DNA of 64,000 nt, taken from the NCBI GenBank assembly GCA_035510465.1, contig DATKHC010000001.1:70799-134798 (forward strand), read 5' to 3'. Positions 39,414 to 48,211 of the stretch are shown in pieces (within the stretch, counting starts at the first letter, position 1; each line of letters begins with the position of its first letter). The stretch is from Candidatus Saccharimonadales bacterium (lineage in GTDB: Bacteria > Patescibacteriota > Saccharimonadia > Saccharimonadales > DATKHC01). The position numbers were made by a program, and so were the translations under genes. The notes under the pieces were generated by a model. The model made no database searches and was not told the origin of the DNA. It saw only the letters and a program-made list of their open reading frames with translations.

Positions 39414-39837
39414 CGAAAATATATTTTCTATATATGAAAAAATTCCATGTGGTTTGAATTGCCACAGCCGATACTTTAGCGATAACTAAAGACTTTGTTG
39501 AACTTATGCTCGTTAGTGCACCAGTGACTACTCTTATATATATAACCGTAAAGGTATAATTAAATGCTAGAAGTACTGCATAAGCTAGTGCGTGTTTATG
39601 TAAGCTTTTGATGTCCTTGTTGTCGAAGCTCCAAAATCTATTCAGTGTAAAATTAAATATAACTGAGGTCCAATAACCTATGCTGGTAGCCAGTGTTAGT
39701 CCTGTGTTAAGTTTTATTCTGAAAAAGAACAGTAAGCCAAAATCAATAATGAACGTAAATACTCCGACAATTAAATATCTAATAAATCGTTGTTTAAGTA
39801 ATTCTTTAACTATTGACGTCATTTTATTCATAGTCAT
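39355..39837 (-). CDS. GtrA-family membrane protein
   Basis: 160 aa with 4 TM helices and GtrA-like motifs (FIRYLIVGVFTFIIDF, LNRFWSF, WNFFIYRKYIF). Confidence 0.75.
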   Translation of the reverse strand: MTMNKMTSIVKELLKQRFIRYLIVGVFTFIIDFGLLFFFRIKLNTGLTLATSIGYWTSVIFNFTLNRFWSFDNKDIKSLHKHALAYAVLLAFNYTFTVIYIRVVTGALTSISSTKSLVIAKVSAVAIQTTWNFFIYRKYIFVKKEHKSTSGYSEVTTPKV

Positions 39838-39914
39838 TTCTTAATAGAATTTGCAAACAATATAGAGCCCCAACCGCTTAATGAACTTTTGAAAAAAACT
39901 TCTTTGATTGTAAC

Positions 39915-41021
39915 ATGAGGACTATGATGATTGTTGTTGATGCTAGAGAGCTAAGAACTAGTTCGGGTAGGTATATTGAACGATTGCTTAACTATCTACA
40001 AGACATAGATAAGACAAATGACTATCGCGTTCTCTTAAAACCTGCTGATATGGATGGTTGGAACCCTAAAAACCCAAAATTCACCAAATTATTTTGCCAT
40101 TTTAAAGAGTTTACTTTTTCCGAACAAATAGGTTTATTGGCGCAGATTAAAAGGATTAAGCCTGATTTAGTTCATTTTGCCTTTGTCCAGCAACCAATTT
40201 TATACCGGGGTAAGGTGGTAACCACGATGCATGATCTGACTACTGCACGTTTCCGTAATCCATCAAAAAACTTCTTGGTTTTTGCATTTAAACAACTGGT
40301 CTATAGACGTGTTAATAAAATAGTTGCGAGAAAATCGGACGCAATTATAACGCCTACTCAGTACACGAAAGAGGATGTAGCTAAATTTGCTCGCATAAAT
40401 AGTAGAAAGATAACCGTGACTTACGAAGCTGCGGACAGAATCGAAGGCATACCAAAACCAATTGAACAATTAGTTAATCAATCTTTTATCTTGTACATTG
40501 GGCGATCCGTGCCCCATAAAAACCTGGTACGTTTAATGGCCTCTTTTGTTCTACTTAAACAGAAACACCCTGAACTTAAACTGGTTCTAGCAGGGAAAAA
40601 AGACGCGCTCTACAGACGCCTAGAAAAAAGGGCTGAAGATATGGGCGCAGGCGACACTGTCTTTACGGGTTTTGTTTCTGAGGAAGAACTTAAGTGGTTA
40701 TACAAAAACACTGAGGCTTACGTTTTCCCGAGTTTATCCGAAGGCTTTGGTTTGCCCGGTTTGGAAGCTATGATCGAAGGCGCACCAGTGGTTTCAAGCC
40801 ACGCCACGTCTCTCCCAGAAGTATACGGTGAGGCAGCTATATATTTTGATCCTTACGACATAACTGATATGGCAGCTAAAATTAACCAAGTATTAACAAA
40901 TAAGAAGCTGAGAAGCCAGTTAGTCAAAAACGGTCGCAAACAAGCGGCTAAGTATTCCTGGCGAAGAACAGCTGAGCAAACCTTATCTGTCTATAATTCT
41001 GTTCTTGAGCAACAAGACTAG
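39915..41021 (+). CDS. glycosyltransferase family 4 (GT-B)
   Basis: SLSEGFGLPGLEAMIEGAPVVSS...LPEVYGEAAIYFDP matches the GT4 signature. Confidence 0.85.
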   Translation: MRTMMIVVDARELRTSSGRYIERLLNYLQDIDKTNDYRVLLKPADMDGWNPKNPKFTKLFCHFKEFTFSEQIGLLAQIKRIKPDLVHFAFVQQPILYRGKVVTTMHDLTTARFRNPSKNFLVFAFKQLVYRRVNKIVARKSDAIITPTQYTKEDVAKFARINSRKITVTYEAADRIEGIPKPIEQLVNQSFILYIGRSVPHKNLVRLMASFVLLKQKHPELKLVLAGKKDALYRRLEKRAEDMGAGDTVFTGFVSEEELKWLYKNTEAYVFPSLSEGFGLPGLEAMIEGAPVVSSHATSLPEVYGEAAIYFDPYDITDMAAKINQVLTNKKLRSQLVKNGRKQAAKYSWRRTAEQTLSVYNSVLEQQD

Positions 41022-41473
41022 TCTTCAGTTGGATTTAAAACTACGTGACGTTCCCGACCTTCACCTACAGATTCAGTGGTCAAACCGTAATCCGAAGCAG
41101 TTTTGTGGACTATTCTACGATCAGCTGCATTCATTGGCCTTAGATGCATTGGTTCCTTTGATTCTTTTACAGAGGCTGCCCACTCAGTTGCTCGACTGGC
41201 TAGTTGTTCAGCCCTAGCTTTTTTGTAGTCCGCTATATCCACGTTCACTCTATTTATCTCGAAACCGCCGTTTCTGAGCGCACTAACTACTAAAAACTGC
41301 ATCGCTCGCATGGTATCACCGCGCTGACCGATTAAAAACCCGTTTAGATGTGTTGAGGGAACCGACAACTCAATCACCTCGTCATCGTATGTAGCGTAGA
41401 CGTCTGTATTAAGCCCAAAAAAAGATAGGATATCTTCTAAGTACTTTTTAGCAAATTGGATTGAGTCTTCCAT
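41018..41473 (-). CDS. jag: Jag/SpoIIIJ-associated RNA-binding protein (KH plus R3H domains)
   Basis: KH-like GQRGDTMRAMQFLV and R3H MNAADRRIVHKTASDYGLTTESVGEG. It lies directly downstream of yidC (TAATG overlap). Confidence 0.85.
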   Translation of the reverse strand: MEDSIQFAKKYLEDILSFFGLNTDVYATYDDEVIELSVPSTHLNGFLIGQRGDTMRAMQFLVVSALRNGGFEINRVNVDIADYKKARAEQLASRATEWAASVKESKEPMHLRPMNAADRRIVHKTASDYGLTTESVGEGRERHVVLNPTED

Positions 41474-42435
41474 TATTTTTTCCTCCGTTTAGATCTAGAG
41501 GAGTTCTTTTTGTTCTTCTTACTTTGAGATGGCTTTGGTTTTGTGGCTGACACAACCTCGCTAGCCACTACAGTCCTGTCTGTGCTACCCGACGAAGTTG
41601 ATACACTCTTCTCCATTTCAGACTCGTCTCGGCGCAAAATGTAACCTTGTTGAAGAAATGCTATGAGTCCACCAACAAACCAGTAAAGTGATAGAGCTGA
41701 GGCAATACTAACCGTAAAGAAGAAGATTAAAACCGGTATGAAGTAGCGGGTTGATCTACCGACAGCAGCACTAACTTCTGTTTGGTCTGCTTGTTTACCC
41801 TTACCTGCGTCCTTTAAGATGCCTTTCAGCCCTTTGGAGTCTTTGGATGAGGGTAGTAACTGTTTAGATGAGAAATACTGAGTTATGGCCGAAGCAACCA
41901 CAATAACCATGGCTGGCCAGTATATGCCGCCTTTGGCTTTCAAAGCAGCTTTAGTTAAGTCCACTAAACCTAGAAGAGATGCATCAAATCGGTGGATATT
42001 TGAAGCTAACTCCTTCATCCAGCTGAAGTTTCTTATCCAAGAATAGGAGTTGGTGATTATGGCTTCTGGGTGAGCTACCACGCTTCTTAGGCCGGAATAT
42101 AGGCCTATCAAGATGATGAATTGGATGATTAGCGTACCGATTGAGCCAAAAGGATTAATCTCTTTTTCTTTGTAGAGCTCCATGAGCAGTTGTGATTCTT
42201 TTTGACGGTTACCAGCTGCGGCTTGTTTAACCTTTTTTATCTCTGGTTGCAAATCCCGCATGGCTTTGGCTTGATGAAGCTGTTTCTTGATCAGTGGCCA
42301 CATAAGTAACCTGATTACGATGGTAAAGATAATTAGGGCCAGACCAAAGTTATGCCCAGGTAAAATGGCATAAATAAACACCAAGAGGTTGAAAATTGGT
42401 TTTACGATAATAATTTGAAAAATGGACGCAAACAT
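41473..42435 (-). CDS. yidC: membrane protein insertase YidC (short, Gram-positive-like, Lys-rich C-tail)
   Basis: GLALIIFTIVIRLLMWPL...KQ...M..LQPE..K...KY and 5 TM helices. The C-terminal KKNKKNSSRSKRRKK tail is present. Confidence 0.9.
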   Translation of the reverse strand: MFASIFQIIIVKPIFNLLVFIYAILPGHNFGLALIIFTIVIRLLMWPLIKKQLHQAKAMRDLQPEIKKVKQAAAGNRQKESQLLMELYKEKEINPFGSIGTLIIQFIILIGLYSGLRSVVAHPEAIITNSYSWIRNFSWMKELASNIHRFDASLLGLVDLTKAALKAKGGIYWPAMVIVVASAITQYFSSKQLLPSSKDSKGLKGILKDAGKGKQADQTEVSAAVGRSTRYFIPVLIFFFTVSIASALSLYWFVGGLIAFLQQGYILRRDESEMEKSVSTSSGSTDRTVVASEVVSATKPKPSQSKKNKKNSSRSKRRKK

Positions 42436-42539
42436 ACAGGATCCTATCTGTGACTTATCCTATGATATCATGTCGGGTTCTCTATCTGTTGGGGCAAAAA
42501 CACGTAAAGCTAAGTGTTTCTAATAAGTTTCGTGGGATT

Positions 42540-43523
42540 TTAATCAATTTCATCCATTTCCTTGATCCCAGCAGATTTTTTGTAGTCAATGATGTATAAC
42601 GGACGATCTTTCGTTTGAGTTTGAATACTAGAAATGTATAGCGATAAAACAGCTTGTGACATTAATACGATCCCCACTAAAAAGGTAATAAAAATGCCAA
42701 GCATAGCAGTACCAGTGAATTTCCACCTAAGTGGGTCGGATAATATTAGCTGTTCAATAATTACACTTAGACCAAGAAAAAAGGCTAGAAGAGTAATGGC
42801 AACACCCAATATACCAAATATATATAGTGGTTTAGGGGTTAGTGATATGAAACTATTTTTAGCCAGCTGAACGAGTTTTCGATAAGAATAATTTGGCTCA
42901 CCGTCAACTCTTTGCTTAGGTTCAAAATAAATATAGCTTCTTTTAAAACCTAGCCAGTCGATTAAGCCCCGAGTTAGTCGATCGTTTTCATGCAGCTTAA
43001 TAAACTCTTTTTGAACCACTCTGTCGATTAAACGAAAGTCAGTAGAGCCGGGCAAAAGCTGCTGATATGTCATCTTGTTAAATAGCGTATAAAAAATTCC
43101 AGAATTCATTTTTTTTAGGACACTTGGGTGTCCATTGTTAGTTCTAACCCCAACTACAACCTGAGAGCCTGCTCTCCAAGCTTTAAGGAAGTTGTCTATT
43201 AGACCTACTGGATGTTGGCCATCGCCATCAATAGATAAAATAGCCTGTCCGCTAGCCCGGGCTATGCCAGCCGAAAGGGCGTACTCTTTGCCAAAGTTGC
43301 GTGAAAAAGCAACTAATTTAACCCTTGGGTCTTGCTTATTCCATCTTTTGACTAATCCCGGTGTTTCATCAGTACTACCATCGTCGCAGTAGATAATTTC
43401 GTATGAATTGCTAACTGATTTTTGAAGTGAGACTACCAGGCTTTTGTGAAATTGCTCAAGCCCAGTACTCTCATTAAATACCGGTACTACTACGGATAAA
43501 ACTGTGTCTGATGATTTGGCCAT
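42540..43523 (-). CDS. GtrB/ArnC-like GT2: polyprenyl-phosphate glycosyltransferase with two C-terminal TM helices
   Basis: LSVVVPVFNE...IYCDDGSTDET and SIDGDGQHP (DxD), plus C-terminal TMs (LYIFGILGVAITLLAFFLGL and GTAMLGIFITFLVGIVLM). 327 aa. Confidence 0.8.
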   Translation of the reverse strand: MAKSSDTVLSVVVPVFNESTGLEQFHKSLVVSLQKSVSNSYEIIYCDDGSTDETPGLVKRWNKQDPRVKLVAFSRNFGKEYALSAGIARASGQAILSIDGDGQHPVGLIDNFLKAWRAGSQVVVGVRTNNGHPSVLKKMNSGIFYTLFNKMTYQQLLPGSTDFRLIDRVVQKEFIKLHENDRLTRGLIDWLGFKRSYIYFEPKQRVDGEPNYSYRKLVQLAKNSFISLTPKPLYIFGILGVAITLLAFFLGLSVIIEQLILSDPLRWKFTGTAMLGIFITFLVGIVLMSQAVLSLYISSIQTQTKDRPLYIIDYKKSAGIKEMDEID

Positions 43524-43608
43524 AATATTTGAAACAAGTATAGCATGACGACCCCTTGAGTAACTGAGCTCGAATGCTTACCAATTTAGTCTGCATCCCA
43601 GGGATTTT

Positions 43609-43959
43609 TCAGGTGTTAATAATCCCTGTCTTTGTTAGGGCCTCGTCTGTTTTTTGCTTTATTGCTTCAAACGGCATATCGGCAAACTGATTACTGAAGA
43701 CACTGAGTATTAAATCGTAGGGTTTATTTATTTGGTTTTCTTGAGATCGAAATACCTCATATAGGCGTCGTCTAATCCGGTTTCTGACCACAGCTGATGG
43801 GCTAACTTTCTTGGAAACCACAACTGACAGCCGGTATCGTTTGCGTCTTTCGTTTATGGCATATTTTAAAGTGAAGTCTTCGGAACGATAGGTTCGGCCG
43901 TGCTTATATGTGAAGTTGAGCGAGCCGTAACCATGAAACCGGTTTTTTTGGGAGATCAT
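43609..43959 (-). CDS. rnpA: ribonuclease P protein component
   Basis: 116 aa and basic. It carries the RNR motif SAVVRNRIRRRLYE and sits immediately downstream of rpmH. Confidence 0.85.
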   Translation of the reverse strand: MISQKNRFHGYGSLNFTYKHGRTYRSEDFTLKYAINERRKRYRLSVVVSKKVSPSAVVRNRIRRRLYEVFRSQENQINKPYDLILSVFSNQFADMPFEAIKQKTDEALTKTGIINT

Positions 43960-43973
43960 GGGGATTGGTTAGT

Positions 43974-44111
43974 TTAGTGCGTAAGTCTTGTTCGACCTTT
44001 TGATCTGCGACGAGCTATGATCGATCGGCCGGCTTTAGTAGACATGCGTTTCATAAACCCGTGTTCTTTTGAACGTTGGCGTTTTTTGGGTTGGTAGGTT
44101 CTCTTTGGCAT
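43974..44111 (-). CDS. rpmH: 50S ribosomal protein L34
   Basis: Hand translation of the minus strand gives [45 protein letters not shown] (45 aa), a canonical L34 sequence. It is too short for the supplied ORF track. Confidence 0.92.
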   Translation of the reverse strand: MPKRTYQPKKRQRSKEHGFMKRMSTKAGRSIIARRRSKGRTRLTH

Positions 44112-44391
44112 AGCAGTTTATAACTGTAGATAGGTTGTTGTGCCTAGGTCAAGGATAAAATTTAGGTCACGTGAAATTAACAATATTTACCCACCAATCT
44201 TAGCAACTTTTCCACCTCTGACCAAACCTTTTCCACTATTTTACAGATAGCCGCACAACGTGTGTATAAGTTTCATCTGGGGCAAGTTGCTTTTTTAGTT
44301 TATGGATTGTCGCTTAATTCACTGTGGAAAAGTAACCTTGGACACGTTATAGTTAGTGGATAAAATCTGTGATTGGGGGAGATTAACAAAC
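44112..44391. other. candidate oriC segment (DnaA-box cluster) between rpmH and dnaA
   Basis: Five 9-mers lie within 2 mismatches of TTATCCACA or its complement: 44208-44216 and 44229-44237 (TTTTCCACC/T), 44261-44269 (TGTGTATAA), 44323-44331 (TGTGGAAAA) and 44355-44363 (AGTGGATAA). Confidence 0.55.
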
Positions 44392-45750
44392 ATGCAGGAT
44401 GGCCTGTGGCAAGCTGTGCTTGGCGAGATTGAATTGTCTATTAGCCGAGCAAGCTACTTAACTTGGTTTAAAAACACAAGGTTACTAAGACAAAAAGACA
44501 ATGTACTGGTTGTTGGGGTTCCCAATGTCTTTATTAAGCACCAGTTGGAGAGTAAATATAGCCAACTAGTTGTTGATGTTCTTTCTAAAAACGGCGTAAA
44601 CCCTGAGAAAGTTGAGTATAAGATCCATTCTTTCACACCCATACCAGACAACGAGGTAGATGACGGGCCTTTAGTGAACTTAACTAATCAGGCCGTGAGA
44701 ACACAGACAACGACTGGAGGCCTCACACATACTTACCGCCAGGGTTTAAATGAACGCTATACTTTCGAGAATTTTGTAGTTGGATCTGGTAACGAACTGG
44801 CTTATGCCGCTTGCCAGGCTATTACTCAGCTACCCGGGGACAAATATAACCCTCTTTATTTATATGGTGGTGTTGGGATTGGCAAAACTCATTTAATCCA
44901 AGCGGTAGGGAATTCTTTCAAAAACGCTGATCCAAATCTTGGCGTGGTTTACATTTCTACCGAACAATTTGTACAAGAGTTTGTGGATGCGCTAAGGTTC
45001 AAAAAAACTAGTGAGTTTAGTAAGCACTACCGCAGTGCAGATGTCCTAATTGTGGACGACATTCAATTTATTGCGGGTAAGGAGAAGATGCAAGAGGAGT
45101 TCTTTCACACCTTTAATGCCTTATATCAAGCTAATAAACAAATTATTGTCAGTAGCGACCGGACACCAGGTGAGATACCAACTTTAGAGGATAGATTACG
45201 TAGTAGGTTTGCTTGGGGTATGACTATTGATATGCAGACCCCAGATTTTGAGACCCGTTGCGCAATTGTGCAAACCAAGTCTCTTTCGCATGGTGTGAGT
45301 CTTCCTATTGATGTAGTCGAGTTTTTATCTGGCCTTGTTCAGTCAAATGTCAGAGAGCTTGAGGGTGTTTTAAACCAACTACTCGCTTTTTGTGAAATGA
45401 GAGAACTTGACCCGAGTTTAGCTGTTGCTACATCACTACTTAATAGCAAGTCTCAACCCAGGCACGTTAGTCCTAGGCAGGTGGTTGATCGTACAGCCCG
45501 ACATTTCCAGATATCTGTTGATGAGATTTTGGGACCTAAAAGAGATAAGGATATTGTGGTCCCTAGACAAGTAGCTATGTATATTTTACGGAGTGAGCTT
45601 CATTTATCTTTCCCTAAAATTGCTAGAGAGCTTGGTAGAAAAGACCATACGACGGCAATTCACTCAATTGACAAAATAGAGAAGGAACTAGCCTTCGATA
45701 ATATTATTAAGTCAGCTGTAACGGAAATAAAAGAACGTCTATATGCCTGA
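44392..45750 (+). CDS. dnaA: chromosomal replication initiator protein DnaA
   Basis: AAA+ Walker A GGVGIGKTHL, Walker B VLIVDDIQF and a C-terminal HTH domain (RQVAMYILR...S...IARELGRKDHTTAIHS). The ATG at 44392 is preferred over the GTG at 44356. Confidence 0.95.
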   Translation: MQDGLWQAVLGEIELSISRASYLTWFKNTRLLRQKDNVLVVGVPNVFIKHQLESKYSQLVVDVLSKNGVNPEKVEYKIHSFTPIPDNEVDDGPLVNLTNQAVRTQTTTGGLTHTYRQGLNERYTFENFVVGSGNELAYAACQAITQLPGDKYNPLYLYGGVGIGKTHLIQAVGNSFKNADPNLGVVYISTEQFVQEFVDALRFKKTSEFSKHYRSADVLIVDDIQFIAGKEKMQEEFFHTFNALYQANKQIIVSSDRTPGEIPTLEDRLRSRFAWGMTIDMQTPDFETRCAIVQTKSLSHGVSLPIDVVEFLSGLVQSNVRELEGVLNQLLAFCEMRELDPSLAVATSLLNSKSQPRHVSPRQVVDRTARHFQISVDEILGPKRDKDIVVPRQVAMYILRSELHLSFPKIARELGRKDHTTAIHSIDKIEKELAFDNIIKSAVTEIKERLYA

Positions 45751-45839
45751 GTACAAGAATTGGTTTTACTTGTTTATAAGTCTGGTTGCTTGTGGGTACT
45801 TAGCTTACTTATACACGTGTGTTGTTTTTAGTTTTTATA

Positions 45840-45876
45840 GGTTGTTTATACAAAGGTTGTTTATACAAAGGTTGTT
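45840..45876. repeat. 15-bp direct tandem repeat GGTTGTTTATACAAA, 2.5 copies, in the dnaA-dnaN spacer
   Basis: Read directly: ggttgtttatacaaa ggttgtttatacaaa ggttgtt. Each unit contains TTATACAAA (2 mismatches to a DnaA box). AT-rich tracts follow at about 45900-46000. Confidence 0.85.
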
Positions 45877-46021
45877 CTTTATTTTTCCTAAACTTATACC
45901 ACCCCCAAATAATTATAATAACAGTTTAATTAGTGTCTTTGTTCACATTAAACACAGGCCTATTAATAACAACTATGAAGTTTAATAATTTAATTACTTA
46001 TTGGTGGGGTTAGGAAAAAAC

Positions 46022-47116
46022 ATGAAACTACAGGTCACCCAAGAAAACTTAAATAAAGCTATTTCTAGTGTCGCTAAAACTGCCTCGAGTAGATCAACCC
46101 TACCAATTCTATCTAATCTACTACTTAAAACCACAAACAACAGACTAAGTGTTATAGCCACCAACCTGGATATTGCAATAACTCATTTTGTTGGTGCGAA
46201 AGTCCAAAAAGAGGGGTCAATAACAGTTCCTGCTAGGTTAACTCAAGATTTTATTTCAAACTTACCAAATGATGTAGTTGAACTTGAATTAGAAGACAAA
46301 AAACTACACATAAACTCCAAAATGTATCAATCGGTTATAAACGGCATAAGTTCATCCGAATTCCCTGTTATGCCAGCGATTAATAAAGGCCAAAGCCTAT
46401 CAATTAACTCAAAAAAACTAAAAACTGGTTTAAGCCAAGTGGTTGTGGCAGCATCAAACGACGACGCAAGACCTGTTTTAACAGGTGTTTATATAAATGG
46501 TTTCAATGGAAAAATATATCTAGTTTCAACTGATAGTTACAGGTTAGCAGAAAAAAACCTGGCACCAGCAAAAACAGACTTTAGCTTGCTAATACCCGCA
46601 TCTGCGATTAATGAGTTGCTGCGAGTCATGGGAGACGCAGAGGGGAACACCACTATAACTTATGATGACCAGCAGGTACTTTTCAAAGTTGATGAAATTG
46701 AACTAGTCGCAAGATTAATAGATGGAAAATATCCAAACTACCGTGACCTTATCCCAAAACAGTTTGAAACAACCATAACTCTACCAAAATCTGAACTAAC
46801 TAATATAACCAAAATCTCAGCTTTATTCGCACGGGAGAGCGCGGGTTCCATAACAATCAACGTAGACGAGAAAAAACAAGAAATTAGTATTCATTCAGTA
46901 GCATCGCAGTTAGGAGAAAACACTTCTAGCGCCAAAGCTGAAGTTAAAGGCGGTGGAGTTGTAACTATGAATTCCCGCTACCTACTTGATGCACTACATG
47001 TAATACCCGAAGAACAAGTTGTTTGTAAATTTAATGGGAAACTTGACCCAATAGTTATCGCTTCGGCCTCAAAAAACCCGGACTATACCCACATAATAAT
47101 GCCACTAAAAAGTTAA
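46022..47116 (+). CDS. dnaN: DNA polymerase III beta sliding clamp
   Basis: MKLQVTQENLNKAIS...A..R.TLPILSN.LL and three-domain length (364 aa). The ATG at 46022 is preferred. Confidence 0.95.
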   Translation: MKLQVTQENLNKAISSVAKTASSRSTLPILSNLLLKTTNNRLSVIATNLDIAITHFVGAKVQKEGSITVPARLTQDFISNLPNDVVELELEDKKLHINSKMYQSVINGISSSEFPVMPAINKGQSLSINSKKLKTGLSQVVVAASNDDARPVLTGVYINGFNGKIYLVSTDSYRLAEKNLAPAKTDFSLLIPASAINELLRVMGDAEGNTTITYDDQQVLFKVDEIELVARLIDGKYPNYRDLIPKQFETTITLPKSELTNITKISALFARESAGSITINVDEKKQEISIHSVASQLGENTSSAKAEVKGGGVVTMNSRYLLDALHVIPEEQVVCKFNGKLDPIVIASASKNPDYTHIIMPLKS

Positions 47117-47142
47117 ACAAATATAAGAGGTGGTAAAACTCA

Positions 47143-48201
47143 ATGATTGTTGATATCCACCTCCAAAATTTCAGATCATATATAGACGACTCTTTTGAAT
47201 TTTCAGACAAAGTTAACATTATTGTTGGGCCTAACGCCAGTGGTAAAACAAACCTACTAGAAGCTTTAATCACCGTCACTTCTGGGTCTTCCTATAAAGC
47301 CCAGGACAAAGAGCTGATAAATTTCAAAAGTGACTGGACCAGACTCGAATCACGTACGGAAAACCAAGAAAGGATTGTTAAAATTAGCTTAGACAACGAG
47401 AAACGAGCCACAAAAACCTACGAAATAAATAATCAACCATACAAGCGACTAGTACTTGGTAAGACAATACCAATAGTGCTATTTGAGCCTAATCATCTAC
47501 TCTTATTAAATGGCCCCCCAGAGCTTCGTCGCAACTTCATTGATGCGGTTTTGGAGCAAACTAAAGCTGGGTTTAAGACATTAAAACTTAAATATAAAAG
47601 AGCTTTAAGGCAACGGAACAGTTTACTAAAAAGAGGCATTATCACAAACAACCAACTTTTTCCTTGGAACTTAAGGTTGAGTGAATTAGGTGGCCAATTA
47701 GTAGCTGAACGGCTCAATGTTACTAGTGTTTTTTCAGATCAAATATCCGATAACTATAAAGCAATTTCAAAGACCAAAGACAAGATCAGTTTGAGATATC
47801 ATTCTGGGTGCAACCTAGCTAATTACGAAAGCGACCTTCTTGATAAATTGGAGGGATCAATTCAAACTGACTACGAAAGAGGTTTCACCTCGTTTGGCCC
47901 TCACCGCGATGACCTTGAAATCTCAATCAACAATCACCCAGGATCAGAAACCGCTTCGAGAGGTGAAGTCAGAACAATCATACTAAGCCTGAAAACCACC
48001 GAAGCCCAAATTATCGAATCAGCAAGAGAGCAAAAACCAATCCTGTTATTTGATGATGTTTTCAGTGAGCTCGACGGAGCCAGAAGATTGTCTTTAGTTG
48101 AATTCCTGAGTAATAATCAGTCATTTGTGACAACCACAGATGCTGATATAGTGGTACAGCACTTTATGGGGTCAAACTTCATAATTCCCCTTAACGCCTA
48201 G
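47143..48201 (+). CDS. recF: DNA replication/repair protein RecF
   Basis: Walker A GPNASGKTNLLEAL, SMC-like signature SRGEVRT and Walker B LLFDDVFSELD. dnaA-dnaN-recF synteny. Confidence 0.9.
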   Translation: MIVDIHLQNFRSYIDDSFEFSDKVNIIVGPNASGKTNLLEALITVTSGSSYKAQDKELINFKSDWTRLESRTENQERIVKISLDNEKRATKTYEINNQPYKRLVLGKTIPIVLFEPNHLLLLNGPPELRRNFIDAVLEQTKAGFKTLKLKYKRALRQRNSLLKRGIITNNQLFPWNLRLSELGGQLVAERLNVTSVFSDQISDNYKAISKTKDKISLRYHSGCNLANYESDLLDKLEGSIQTDYERGFTSFGPHRDDLEISINNHPGSETASRGEVRTIILSLKTTEAQIIESAREQKPILLFDDVFSELDGARRLSLVEFLSNNQSFVTTTDADIVVQHFMGSNFIIPLNA

Positions 48202-48211
48202 ACCCTGAATC

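Noticed and set aside
45840-45876. CRISPR-like array
   Set aside because: There are only 2.5 directly abutting 15-bp units with no spacers and no cas genes. It is a simple tandem repeat in the origin region.
45743-45985. 80-aa ORF in the dnaA-dnaN spacer
   Set aside because: Its sequence (..RLFIQRLFIQRLF..) is simply the translation of the 15-bp tandem repeat and AT-rich origin DNA. It overlaps the dnaA stop. It is better explained as oriC sequence.
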